Origin: an uncultured Ruminococcus sp.
Lineage (GTDB): Bacteria > Bacillota > Clostridia > Monoglobales > Monoglobaceae
Assembly (NCBI GenBank): GCA_902791425.1
Contig: CADAVS010000001.1
Coordinates: 1 to 58,201 of the forward strand
DNA: 58,201 nucleotides
Direction of reading: 5' to 3'
Below, piece by piece: positions 10,179-19,654 of this stretch. The notes under the pieces were generated by a model that saw only the letters and a program-made list of their open reading frames with translations, was not told the DNA's origin and made no database searches. The position numbers and the translations under genes are program-made. Numbering within the stretch: position 1 is the first letter of the stretch; every line of letters starts with the position of its first letter.

Positions 10179-10625
10179 TTATTTTTCTGTTTCATAGGGC
10201 CAGTCGATAATACCGCCAAATTCTTTTACATTTGTATAACTAAGTTTGGAAAGAGCCTCGGCGGCAATTTTACTTCGTCTGCCTGACCTGCAATATACAA
10301 GAATTTGCTTATCCTTATCAGTTATTATTTCTTCTGCTTTATTCTCGATTTCGGTATATGGAATTAAGATTGCACCGGGAATGTGTCCCTCATCATATTC
10401 GTATTGCTCTCTGACATCAAGGATAATAACCTCCTCATCGCTATCCATTATCTTTTTGGCAGCTTCTGCCGTAATTGTTTCATACATTGCTTTTTCTCCT
10501 TTATCAGTTACAATTATTGATGTCGGTTCATCGGCTCCGCCAATAATACCGATACTGCTATCATTTCCGCAAGCAGTAAGCATAATGCAAATTAAGATTG
10601 ATATAAAACAAAATATTTTCTTCAT
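10179..10625 (-). CDS. rhodanese-domain lipoprotein
   Basis: 148 aa. The lipobox is LTAC-G. The rhodanese active-site loop is CRSGRRS. Confidence 0.85.
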   Translation of the reverse strand: MKKIFCFISILICIMLTACGNDSSIGIIGGADEPTSIIVTDKGEKAMYETITAEAAKKIMDSDEEVIILDVREQYEYDEGHIPGAILIPYTEIENKAEEIITDKDKQILVYCRSGRRSKIAAEALSKLSYTNVKEFGGIIDWPYETEK

Positions 10626-10661
10626 AATATTCTCACCCTAGGCACAAATAATTAAATTACC

Positions 10662-11030
10662 TCATATCAAAGATTTTGAAAAGTCATAGGCTACTGCTGT
10701 TTCGGGATTTCTGTATTCGTGCTTTTCGTAATAGCCAATCAAACTTCCCTCGTCATCACGCAGTGCAACCATATACACATCTTTGTTTTCTTTTTCGCTG
10801 TGGAATGTGTAAATCATATTATTATCACGGCTTTCTTTAAACCAATCCACAACTTTTATAATAATCTCGTTTGACTTTGCATTGTGACAATCAAGCAGAG
10901 AAGAACCTGTTAAGTCCTTGTGATACCTCTCTACAGCAACCTTATTCATATAGACTATTGTGTGATTAACATTGCAAATCACCACCGCAGACCTGTCAGT
11001 TTCAATTACACTTTTAAATAAATTATACAT
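10662..11030 (-). CDS. stand-alone PAS-domain protein
   Basis: 122 aa with a PAS-like fold pattern (VVICNVNHTIVYMNKVAVERY ... DDEGSLIGY). It is the first gene of a tightly spaced minus-strand trio. Confidence 0.6.
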   Translation of the reverse strand: MYNLFKSVIETDRSAVVICNVNHTIVYMNKVAVERYHKDLTGSSLLDCHNAKSNEIIIKVVDWFKESRDNNMIYTFHSEKENKDVYMVALRDDEGSLIGYYEKHEYRNPETAVAYDFSKSLI

Positions 11031-11227
11031 TTTATGCCTCTTTATAGATTTTTATAGATTTTATGATATTATAACACTCTATCTATGAAAAATCAATGCT
11101 GTTGCCGACTAAATTTAACAGTATTTTTGTGCAGTTGAAAAATTTTATTTATAAAAATAATAGTTAATATTTTTGTATTATTTTTCTTGGTTTAAAAAAT
11201 AATATATATAGGCAATTGCAAGAGTAA

Positions 11228-11310
11228 AAATCCGAAGTAATTTTAATGAACAATTGCCAAAAGCCCATACAGTTGCCAAGCCCAACTGCAATGAAAAGTT
11301 ATTTCAGACT
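11228..11310 (-). repeat. copy C of a roughly 85-nt hairpin element (sense strand is minus)
   Basis: The reverse complement of 11263-11290 is identical to the 28-nt core TGCAGTTGGGCTTGGCAACTGTATGGGC at 21779-21806 and 41626-41653. Flanking AU-rich arms are at 11231-11244 and 11294-11308. Confidence 0.85.
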
Positions 11311-11353
11311 TTTGCAAACGGTTAAAATAATATATAAAAACGGAGGAGATGAA

Positions 11354-12649
11354 ATGGATTCAGTATGGGAGCAGACTTATTCCAAAGATAACTTTGGAAG
11401 GCTTAATAAAGATATAAAAACAGATGTGTTGATTATCGGCGGCGGAATGACGGGGATATTATGTGCATACTATCTCAATCAGGCAGGTGTTAGCTCTGTA
11501 CTTGCGGAGGCAAAAACGATAGGTGGCGGAATCACCAAAAATACAACAGCCAAAATCACATCGCAGCACGGACTGATTTATGATAAAATAATAAAAAAAT
11601 ATGGAATAGAAAAGGCAAAACAGTATCTTGAAATAAACCAATCAGCACTAAAAACATATCGTGATTTATGCAAAAACATTGATTGTGATTTTGAAGAGAA
11701 GAACTCTTATGTTTACAGCATAGATAACAGACAGAAAATTGAAGACGAGATAACAGCACTTAGTAAATTGGGTTTTAATGCAGAATTTACAAAGGATTTG
11801 CCTCTGCCCTTTGAGGTGGCAGGTGCGGTGCGTTATCCCAATCAGGCACAATTTAATCCGCTTAAATTTTTATATGCAATATCAAAAGGCTTAAATATAT
11901 ACGAGCACACCAAAGTACGTGAGCTTATGGGCACGACAGCAATCACCGATGGTGGCAAAATTTATGCCAAAAAGATTATTGTGGCGACACATTTTCCGTT
12001 TATCAATAAACACGGCGGTTATTTTATTAAAATGTATCAGCATCGCTCCTATGTGATTGCACTTAAAAATGCACCTGATGTAAATGGCATTTATGTAGAT
12101 GAATCGCAAACGGGAATGTCATTTAGAAATTACGAAAATTTATTGTTTGTGGGTGGCGGTGCTCACAGAACGGGAAAGAAGGGCGGAAATTGGGAGGAAT
12201 TACGAGCATTTGCAAAAAAACATTACCCTAATGCTATAGAAAAATACCATTGGGCAACCCAGGATTGTATGACACTTGATGGTATGGCGTATATAGGTTC
12301 GTATAGTAAAAGCACAAAGGGACTATATGTTGCAACCGGATTTAATAAATGGGGAATGACCTCAGCGATGGTATCAGCAATGATTTTATGTGATATGGTG
12401 CAAGGAAGAAAAAATGAATATCAAGATTTATTTTCACCATCAAGAAGAATACTGCATCCTCAACTTGCGGTAAATATATTTGAATCAACTAAAGGCTTGC
12501 TTACACCAAAGCCCAAAAGATGTCCGCACTTAGGTTGTGCACTCAAATGGAATCCCTATGAGCATACATGGGATTGCTCGTGCCACGGCTCCCGTTTTAC
12601 GGAAAACGGAGAAGTTATTGACAATCCCGCAACGGGAGATTTAAAATAA
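11354..12649 (+). CDS. FAD-dependent oxidoreductase fused to a C-terminal Rieske [2Fe-2S] domain (YhfW-like)
   Basis: The start is set at ATG 11354, 5 nt after GGAGGAG. The FAD motif is VLIIGGGMTG. The Rieske motifs are CPHLGC ... CSCHGS. Confidence 0.85.
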   Translation: MDSVWEQTYSKDNFGRLNKDIKTDVLIIGGGMTGILCAYYLNQAGVSSVLAEAKTIGGGITKNTTAKITSQHGLIYDKIIKKYGIEKAKQYLEINQSALKTYRDLCKNIDCDFEEKNSYVYSIDNRQKIEDEITALSKLGFNAEFTKDLPLPFEVAGAVRYPNQAQFNPLKFLYAISKGLNIYEHTKVRELMGTTAITDGGKIYAKKIIVATHFPFINKHGGYFIKMYQHRSYVIALKNAPDVNGIYVDESQTGMSFRNYENLLFVGGGAHRTGKKGGNWEELRAFAKKHYPNAIEKYHWATQDCMTLDGMAYIGSYSKSTKGLYVATGFNKWGMTSAMVSAMILCDMVQGRKNEYQDLFSPSRRILHPQLAVNIFESTKGLLTPKPKRCPHLGCALKWNPYEHTWDCSCHGSRFTENGEVIDNPATGDLK

Positions 12650-12656
12650 CACAATA

Positions 12657-12680
12657 AGGCTTTGCGACGCCGCAAAGCCT
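12657..12680. terminator. bidirectional hairpin between convergent genes
   Basis: AGGCTTTGCG-ACGC-CGCAAAGCCT forms a 10-bp stem. The flanking T-tracts are weak. Confidence 0.6.
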
Positions 12681-12724
12681 ATATTTATGCCAATGTTACT
12701 ATGACAAATATATAAATTTTAAAA

Positions 12725-13384
12725 TTACAACAGCTTAAAATAATTCCTTTTACATTCCAAAATGTTTTCTTTTCTGAGTTTGCTGATTTCAGCGGACAAT
12801 CCACTGCGGTCTACCTCGAGATAGTCTGCAAGTTCTTGTCTGTTAAACGGAATTTTAAAGCTGTTTTTATTATTCTTTTTAGCACAAATTGTAAGATATG
12901 TGAGTAGCTTTTCCCGCGTTGTTCTCTTTGATATAATCTCGATTTTTTGTTGGAACATAACGGTCTTTAAAGCTAAAACCTTCATCAGATTATAAACTAA
13001 TTGCTGATGATGCGGGCAGTCCTTTTGGCAGGTGTGCAAAATATGGCTACAATCAATAAACATAATTTTACTTCTCTCATTGGCAATAGCCGATACGGGC
13101 ATAGAGGTCATTTGCACACAGGCAAATGCCTCTGAGAAGAGTTCTCCTTCACAAAGATTGCCTAAAATACTTCTGTTGCCATAGTAATCCGTTCGGGTTA
13201 TCTGTACCGAACCTGAAAGCACTATGCCAATATATTTTGCAGGCGTACCCTCCGATAAAATAGTATAATTCTTATCAAATATATCCGTTTTTGCCTCAAG
13301 GCATTCAAGCATTGTAATAATATTATTATCGGATAAATCAAAGAATAAAGGACATTTTTTTAATACATTTAAAAATTTTCTCAT
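12725..13384 (-). CDS. Crp/Fnr-family transcription regulator
   Basis: 219 aa. It has an N-terminal cNMP-binding-like barrel and a C-terminal HTH (RQELADYLEVDRSGLSAEISKL). Confidence 0.85.
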   Translation of the reverse strand: MRKFLNVLKKCPLFFDLSDNNIITMLECLEAKTDIFDKNYTILSEGTPAKYIGIVLSGSVQITRTDYYGNRSILGNLCEGELFSEAFACVQMTSMPVSAIANERSKIMFIDCSHILHTCQKDCPHHQQLVYNLMKVLALKTVMFQQKIEIISKRTTREKLLTYLTICAKKNNKNSFKIPFNRQELADYLEVDRSGLSAEISKLRKENILECKRNYFKLL

Positions 13385-13400
13385 ATTTATCTCCGTTTTG

Positions 13401-13414
13401 TTGAAATTTCAACA
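13401..13414. promoter_or_regulatory. perfect 14-bp palindrome GTTGAAATTTCAAC, a candidate Crp/Fnr-family operator
   Basis: It is centred about 41.5 bp upstream of the TSS predicted from TATAAT at 13437-13442. No -35 hexamer is present, which fits a class-II activator layout. Confidence 0.5.
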
Positions 13415-13472
13415 CACTTTATATAAATATTATATTATAATTATGCTATAAAAATCAAGGAGGAATACAAAA

Positions 13473-14168
13473 ATGATTAGAAAAATAATTAAAATAGACG
13501 AAGAAAAATGCAATGGCTGCGGTGCTTGTGCGGCTGCCTGTCACGAGGGTGCGATTGATATGATAGACGGAAAGGCGAAACTGACACGAGAGAATTATTG
13601 TGATGGTCTTGGAGATTGCTTGCCTGCCTGTCCCGTAGATGCTATCAGCTTTGAGGAACGTGAGGCACCTGCATATGACGAGGAAGCCGTAAAACAAGCA
13701 CAACTTAAGAAGAGTGCTGACACACTTCCTTGCGGATGCCCGGGTACACAGTCAAAAGCATTGAAAAGAGAAATGATTTCGGCGGTATCCACACAAAGCA
13801 TACAAAGTCAGCTTATGCAGTGGCCTTGCCAGATAAAGCTTGTTCCCGTAAACGCACCGTATTTTGAGGATGCAAATCTTTTGATTGCGGCAGATTGTAC
13901 GGCTTATGCCTACGGAAATTTCCATAATGAATTTATGAGGGGTCATATTACGATTGTCGGATGTCCTAAGCTGGACGAGGGTGACTATGCAGATAAACTG
14001 ACGCAGATTATTGCAAGCAACAATATCAAAAGCGTGAAAATAGTGCGTATGGAGGTTCCCTGTTGCGGTGGCATAGAAAATGCGGCAAAAAGGGCCATTC
14101 AAAATAGCGGAAAATTCATTCCGTGGCAGGTTGTTACAATATCAACCGATGGCAAAATAATTGAATAA
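13473..14168 (+). CDS. 2x[4Fe-4S] ferredoxin-domain protein with a Cys-containing C-terminal domain
   Basis: 231 aa. Motifs are CNGCGACAAAC and CDGLGDCLPACP, with a later CGCPG and a VPCCGG. RBS AAGGAGG is present. Confidence 0.8.
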   Translation: MIRKIIKIDEEKCNGCGACAAACHEGAIDMIDGKAKLTRENYCDGLGDCLPACPVDAISFEEREAPAYDEEAVKQAQLKKSADTLPCGCPGTQSKALKREMISAVSTQSIQSQLMQWPCQIKLVPVNAPYFEDANLLIAADCTAYAYGNFHNEFMRGHITIVGCPKLDEGDYADKLTQIIASNNIKSVKIVRMEVPCCGGIENAAKRAIQNSGKFIPWQVVTISTDGKIIE

Positions 14169-14177
14169 GTTGTATCG

Positions 14178-14215
14178 AAAATGCAGGAGCCGAGTATGGT
14201 TCCTGCATTTTAATA
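14178..14215 (+). terminator. intrinsic terminator
   Basis: AAAATGCAGGA / TCCTGCATTTT stem followed by Ts. Confidence 0.75.
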
Positions 14216-14287
14216 TTTATAGTATAATTAACTTATGTTTAACCTATATAATTTATAATAATAAAAACAGTAGAAAGGGTGATAGTA

Positions 14288-15133
14288 ATGAAACGCCTGA
14301 TATGTTCATTAACGGCAATGAGCTTAACAATAATCTTTTTGTTTTGTTCCTGCGTAAGCAGTAAAAAAGAAGGTGTGGCTCCCCCTGAGGTTACAGGGGA
14401 ACTTGAGATTTCGGGTTTAAAGGTCGGTCAAGCTGATGCGATTATTATTAATACAAAAAATCATTGCTTTATTATCGACTGCGGTGAGGCAGATGATGGT
14501 GATGAAGTGGTAAAGTATTTAGCAGAAAAGAATATAAGCTGTGTTGATTGTCTTTTTATTACACATTTTGATAAGGACCACGTGGGCGGTGTTCCGGAGG
14601 TGCTTAGTAATATATCTGTTGAAAAAATTATTACACCTGATTATGTAGGAAACAATGATGAGTATGAAAGCTTTGTTAGGAAAACAGATGAGCTTGGCAT
14701 TGTTCCTGAAAGAATTACAAGTGAACAGTCATTTATTGCAGATGATGTTCTGTTTGAAATTTATCCGCCTTTTAAGTTAAGTTATACAGAAGGAGATAAC
14801 GATTTCTCTCTTGCCATAGGGGTAACTCACGGCGAAAATAAATTCTTGTTTACGGGAGATGCAGAGGCTGAACGGATAAGCGAGATAATTCAAAAGTGCA
14901 ACGGTGAATATGACTTTTTAAAGGTTCCTCACCACGGAAAGTATAATAAGAACACAAAGAAGCTTTTTGAAAAAGTAAAACCCAAATACGCAGTTGTAAC
15001 GGACAGCGAAAAAAATCCTGCTGAGGATAAGGTTGTATCTGCACTTAAAGCGGTGGGATGCGATGCTTACTTCACAAGGTACGGAGATGTTTATGTTATA
15101 AGTGACGGAAAAAATATTGAAATAAAGCAATAA
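14288..15133 (+). CDS. MBL-fold metallo-hydrolase lipoprotein (similar to the ComEC C-terminal domain)
   Basis: A signal peptide and lipobox (LFCSC) are present, with the THFDKDHVGG metal motif and a downstream HHG. Confidence 0.75.
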   Translation: MKRLICSLTAMSLTIIFLFCSCVSSKKEGVAPPEVTGELEISGLKVGQADAIIINTKNHCFIIDCGEADDGDEVVKYLAEKNISCVDCLFITHFDKDHVGGVPEVLSNISVEKIITPDYVGNNDEYESFVRKTDELGIVPERITSEQSFIADDVLFEIYPPFKLSYTEGDNDFSLAIGVTHGENKFLFTGDAEAERISEIIQKCNGEYDFLKVPHHGKYNKNTKKLFEKVKPKYAVVTDSEKNPAEDKVVSALKAVGCDAYFTRYGDVYVISDGKNIEIKQ

Positions 15134-15204
15134 ATTTTTGAATATTAACTTAGACTTAACATTGGGGTGTTATAATGCAAGCATAAGATACGAGGTGATA
15201 CGAG

Positions 15205-15927
15205 ATGGCAATCGAAGTTTTTAACAGATATGAGCATAAGTATATGTTGGACAAGGAAACATATGAAGCCGTAATTGACATAGTAGAAAAGCATATGGAG
15301 ATAGACGCACATAACGAAAATCGCAAACCATACACAATTGCAAATATCTACTACGATACACAGGACGACCTTTTGATAAGAACATCCCTTTCAAAGCCTG
15401 AATATAAAGAAAAGCTGAGGCTCAGGGCATACGGAGTTCCGCAAAAAGACAGTAAGGTTTTTCTTGAAATTAAGAAGAAGTACAAAGGCTTGGTTAATAA
15501 AAGACGAACAAAAATATCATTGTCAGAGGCGTATGACTTTGTGGAAACGGGGAATATGCCCGAGAGCAAAGGATATATGAACGAACAGGTAGTAAAAGAA
15601 ATTGATTACTTTATTCACCTATACGATTTAAGACCAAAGCTATATCTTGCCTATGACAGAATTGCATATTTTGAAAGAGAAAATGCGGACCTTCGGATAT
15701 CTTTTGATACAAATATTCGTTCCAGAAGGTATGATGTCAGACTTGAGAACGGCGATTTTGGTGAAGAGCTGTTGTGCGGAGAATACTACTTGATGGAGAT
15801 AAAAACATCATATGCAAAGCCGTTGTGGCTTGTTGATATGCTTAGCACATTAAATATAAAAAGACAAAGCTTTTCCAAATACGGAACAGAATTTAAAAAG
15901 AATATAAATAAAAGTTTAGCTGTATGA
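15205..15927 (+). CDS. VTC-domain (triphosphate-tunnel, polyphosphate-polymerase-like) protein
   Basis: 240 aa. It has the N-terminal NRYEHKY (ExK) motif and alternating basic strands KLRLR, LEIKKK and MEIKT, typical of the TTM/VTC fold. Confidence 0.75.
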   Translation: MAIEVFNRYEHKYMLDKETYEAVIDIVEKHMEIDAHNENRKPYTIANIYYDTQDDLLIRTSLSKPEYKEKLRLRAYGVPQKDSKVFLEIKKKYKGLVNKRRTKISLSEAYDFVETGNMPESKGYMNEQVVKEIDYFIHLYDLRPKLYLAYDRIAYFERENADLRISFDTNIRSRRYDVRLENGDFGEELLCGEYYLMEIKTSYAKPLWLVDMLSTLNIKRQSFSKYGTEFKKNINKSLAV

Positions 15928-15946
15928 AAGAGAGGTCAGACAGAAT

Positions 15947-16630
15947 ATGAATGAATTATTTAACAATATTTTGACAAGCACATCTTCTGAGATGAGCGTG
16001 GCGGGAGCGGTAGTTACAATGCTTATTGCGGTCAGTTTTGGAATAGTAATAGGTTTTACATATTATATGACGCAGAAGGAGAATTATCAAAGAAGTATGG
16101 CAGTTACCCTTGTGATGTTACCGATAATCCTATCGGTAATCATACTATTTGTGGGCAGTAATATAGCACGTGCTTTCAGCCTGGCAGGAACTCTTTCGAT
16201 TATCAGGTTCAGAAGTGCACCCGGCGACCCTAAGGATATAGGCTTTATCTTCTTTGACATAGCCGCAGGACTTGCCTGCGGAGTAGGACTTTACGGATAT
16301 GGGGCTTTGTTTGTGCTGATTTTGTGTGTTTTGATTATTGCTTTGGAAAAGGGAAACATATTTGACAAAAAAGAAGTACATAAGACTTTGAAAATAACCA
16401 TACCCGAAAATTTGAATTATGAGAGTGCATTTGATGATGTGCTTTCAAGGTATACACAAGCATATACACTTAATAAAATTAAAACAACGGACTTAGGTTC
16501 TCTGTTTGAGGTTGTGTATGATGTAGTAATGCTGCGTGAGCATAATGAACAAGAATTTTTGAATGAACTTAGATGCAGAAACGGAAATTTGACGATTATT
16601 CTGGCTGTTTCGCCATCAAAAATCAAATAG
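15947..16630 (+). CDS. DUF4956-like integral membrane protein
   Basis: 227 aa with 4 predicted TM helices followed by a soluble C-terminal domain. It lies immediately downstream of the VTC gene. Confidence 0.7.
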   Translation: MNELFNNILTSTSSEMSVAGAVVTMLIAVSFGIVIGFTYYMTQKENYQRSMAVTLVMLPIILSVIILFVGSNIARAFSLAGTLSIIRFRSAPGDPKDIGFIFFDIAAGLACGVGLYGYGALFVLILCVLIIALEKGNIFDKKEVHKTLKITIPENLNYESAFDDVLSRYTQAYTLNKIKTTDLGSLFEVVYDVVMLREHNEQEFLNELRCRNGNLTIILAVSPSKIK

Positions 16631-16647
16631 CAATGGAGGAGATAAAA

Positions 16648-18891
16648 ATGAAAATTACAAGAATTTTATTATCGGCAGTATTGACTGCGGCGGTTGGATT
16701 GTCGACGCTTTCATTTGCGGCAGACGACAAGTCAAAGGAAAAAGTAAAAGTAAAAATCGACGGAACGGAAATTTCCTTCGATGTTGAGCCTGAAATAATT
16801 GACGGACGTACAATGGTGCCTATCAGAAAAATATTTGAGGAGCTTGGTGCTCTTGTTAAATGGGATGATGAAACACAAACTGTTTCGGCAAGGAAAAGCT
16901 CTAAAACAGTGACGTTGACAATTGATTCCGAAGATATGCAGATTGATAAAGGGGATACCGACAGTGAGGGCAATGCCATTGTAGAAACCGTTACATTGGA
17001 TGTGCCTGCACAGTTGGTGTCGGACAGGACATTGGTGCCTGCAAGGGCGATTTCGGAGGCATTCGGGTTAGATGTTGATTGGGACGAAGCGACTAATACG
17101 GTGTCCATCACATCTGAAGAGGAAGACGAGAGCTGGAAGGACAATGAAAGCGAGATAAACTTATCGGATATGTCATTTGTAGGTGACGGAGTTGAAATCG
17201 CCAACAATCAGATTTTAATTACAAAAGGCGGTATTTATACTCTGTCTGGAACTTTGACAGACGGCAATATTACTGTCGGAACAGAAGAAAAAGTCAGACT
17301 TTGTTTGAATAATGCAACTGTTGCTTCAACAGATAATCCCTGTATATATGTAGAGAAAGCAGATAAGGCATATTTGATGCTTGTTGACGGAACGGAAAAT
17401 CATTTGACTTCTGAAAATGCAAAAGGAGTTATATATTCAAAAGAGAATTTGGAAATCAACGGCGACGGCACGCTATATGTAACAGCGAAAACAGAACACG
17501 GCATAAAGGCATCGGATAATATTACGATAAAAGGCGGTAATATTAATATAGAAGCAGCAGGTGACGGCATACATATCAATGACACCTTTAAAATGACAGA
17601 CGGTGAGCTCAATATTGTATCTGTCGGCGACGGCATAGATTCTGAGTCAATCGTTATTGTGGAAGATGGTAAAATTAATATAGTAACCGAAGGACAGCCT
17701 ATTGAAACAACAACTCTTGATACAACCCAGACAACCGATAAAAATACTGCGACGCAAGGCAATAGAAAAGGAATGATGCAGGAAACGCCGAGCGTAGAGT
17801 TTGAGTCCTCTACAAAGGGTATAAATGCGGAATGGATGATGTGCATTAACGGCGGTGAAATAACTGTTAATTCCTCTGACCACGCAATACATTGTGCTGA
17901 TGAAATTGAGATTAACGGTGGGTTGTTCGATTTAACTTCGGAATATGCAAAAGGGATATCCGGACACGGCAATGTGACGATTAACGGAAACGAAACCGTA
18001 ATAGATATAAAGAAATCGACCGAGGGCATTGAAAGTAAGAATGTACTTACCATCAATGATGGTAAAATAGGTGTTGTGTCCACAGATGACGGACTTAATG
18101 CAACAGGCGGTACAAGCGGTGAAATGATGATGCCCGGCGGTAAGCAAAAGCCAATGCCTCAGGATATGCAGAGTATGACGCCTCCTGATATGCCTGAAGG
18201 CAATGCGGACACACAGCCTAATTCGCAAATGCAGAGGGGAGAGCGACAGAATAATGTGCCTTCGGACAGAAATATGCAGGGCGAGGAAATGAGAAATACC
18301 GAGGGCGATGCAAACCAAATTGTACCTACTTCGGATAACAATGGCGAAAGACGAGGCGGTATGGGTGGCTTCGGCGGAGTTATGAATAAAAAGGAATGTC
18401 TGATAATAAACGGCGGTGAGCTTGAGGTTTATGCAGGTGATGATTGCTTAGATGCAAACGGTAATATGGTCTTAAACGGCGGTGTTATAAAGGCTGTTAA
18501 AACAAACGGTACATTCTCGGGTAATAACGGCGTGCTTGATGCAGACGGACAGATTGTTGTAAACGAGGGTGTGACTATCATAGCCGCAAGCGGGGGCTCG
18601 CAAGGCAATATGAATATCCCTCAAAATACTATAACCATATACAGCGAGGCATCACATAACGATGGTGAGAATATAGTGCTTTATAACAATAACGGAAATG
18701 TAATGACTGAGTATTCACCTAAAGGCAATTATAGTGTTGTTTTGATAACATCACCTTCTCTTACAATTGGTGAAAGTTACAAAGTTTCTCTCGGAGATAC
18801 GACATATAATGTTACATTGTCAGAGCAAAATACAATCATTGGAACTCCAAACAACACGATGGGTGGCAGAAATAATGGGTTTATGCGATAA
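16648..18891 (+). CDS. secreted protein with copper-amine-oxidase-N-like repeats plus a Cthe_2159-type (DUF4353) beta-helix carbohydrate-binding region
   Basis: The start is set at ATG 16648, after GGAGGAG. A signal peptide ends at SFAADD. The DGRTMVPIRKIFEELGA and DRTLVPARAISEAFG motifs are present, with repeated GDGI, DDGLNA and DCLDANG turns. An M/Q/P-rich linker lies at about 18124-18385. Confidence 0.7.
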   Translation: MKITRILLSAVLTAAVGLSTLSFAADDKSKEKVKVKIDGTEISFDVEPEIIDGRTMVPIRKIFEELGALVKWDDETQTVSARKSSKTVTLTIDSEDMQIDKGDTDSEGNAIVETVTLDVPAQLVSDRTLVPARAISEAFGLDVDWDEATNTVSITSEEEDESWKDNESEINLSDMSFVGDGVEIANNQILITKGGIYTLSGTLTDGNITVGTEEKVRLCLNNATVASTDNPCIYVEKADKAYLMLVDGTENHLTSENAKGVIYSKENLEINGDGTLYVTAKTEHGIKASDNITIKGGNINIEAAGDGIHINDTFKMTDGELNIVSVGDGIDSESIVIVEDGKINIVTEGQPIETTTLDTTQTTDKNTATQGNRKGMMQETPSVEFESSTKGINAEWMMCINGGEITVNSSDHAIHCADEIEINGGLFDLTSEYAKGISGHGNVTINGNETVIDIKKSTEGIESKNVLTINDGKIGVVSTDDGLNATGGTSGEMMMPGGKQKPMPQDMQSMTPPDMPEGNADTQPNSQMQRGERQNNVPSDRNMQGEEMRNTEGDANQIVPTSDNNGERRGGMGGFGGVMNKKECLIINGGELEVYAGDDCLDANGNMVLNGGVIKAVKTNGTFSGNNGVLDADGQIVVNEGVTIIAASGGSQGNMNIPQNTITIYSEASHNDGENIVLYNNNGNVMTEYSPKGNYSVVLITSPSLTIGESYKVSLGDTTYNVTLSEQNTIIGTPNNTMGGRNNGFMR

Positions 18892-18901
18892 TTAAAGTAG
18901 T

Positions 18902-18940
18902 GACGGCTTTGAAATTTTTTAAAGCCGTCAATTTACTTTA
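18902..18940 (+). terminator. intrinsic terminator
   Basis: GACGGCTTT / AAAGCCGTC stem with a T-rich loop and tail. Confidence 0.7.
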
Positions 18941-18981
18941 ATAAAATTTTGTGGTAAAATAGAAATATCGGAGGTGGAGTT

Positions 18982-19653
18982 ATGAAACTTCTTATAGCAG
19001 AAGACGAAAAAAGTCTGAACAAAACTATTGCAGAACGTTTGACACGGAGCGGTTATACTGTGGATAGCTGTTTTGATGGCGAGGACGCATTATACTATAT
19101 AGAAAGCACGCAGTATGACGGAATAATTCTTGATGTTATGATGCCTAAAATAAACGGCTTTGAGGTTTTGCGTATTATCCGTGAAAAGAAAATACTCACT
19201 CCTGTCCTTATGCTAACCGCTAAAGATGCCGACGAGGATATTATAACAGGACTTGATACGGGGGCTAATGATTATCTTACAAAGCCGTTTTCTTTCGGGG
19301 TGCTGAGTGCCAGAATTCGTGCAATGCTGAGAGTAAAGGAAAATGTTACAAGCACTGTGCTTGAGATTGCTGACTTGAGCTTAGATACCACAAAAAGAAT
19401 TGTAAAACGCGGAGGAAAAGATATCGAGTTATCGTCTAAGGAATATTCTATTTTAGAGTATATGATGCGTAATAAAGGAATTGTCCTTTCAAAAGATAAA
19501 ATTGAGGATAATATTCGGAATTATGAATATGAGGGGACAAGCGACATTATAAAAGTGTATATCCATCATCTTAGGAAAAAAATTGATGATAATTTTGATA
19601 AAAAGCTGTTGCATACCGTAAAAAATGCAGGCTATGTACTTAAGGAAGATTGA
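18982..19653 (+). CDS. OmpR-family response regulator
   Basis: 223 aa. The receiver domain has DVMMP and LTAKD, followed by a winged-helix C-terminus. Confidence 0.9.
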   Translation: MKLLIAEDEKSLNKTIAERLTRSGYTVDSCFDGEDALYYIESTQYDGIILDVMMPKINGFEVLRIIREKKILTPVLMLTAKDADEDIITGLDTGANDYLTKPFSFGVLSARIRAMLRVKENVTSTVLEIADLSLDTTKRIVKRGGKDIELSSKEYSILEYMMRNKGIVLSKDKIEDNIRNYEYEGTSDIIKVYIHHLRKKIDDNFDKKLLHTVKNAGYVLKED

Positions 19654-19654
19654 A

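Noticed and set aside
11246-11353. 36-codon N-terminal extension of the FAD/Rieske ORF.
   Set aside because: The extension is made of the inverted hairpin element and has no RBS. ATG 11354 has a GGAGGAG Shine-Dalgarno and begins the conserved FAD-binding region.
16623-18083. Long minus-strand ORFs (16623-17207, 17400-18083, 17932-18318) opposite the secreted beta-helix gene.
   Set aside because: The Ser/Ile/Pro-rich translations are the mirror image of the Asp/Gly/Asn/Glu-rich repeats on the plus strand. The plus-strand product has a signal peptide and recognisable domains.
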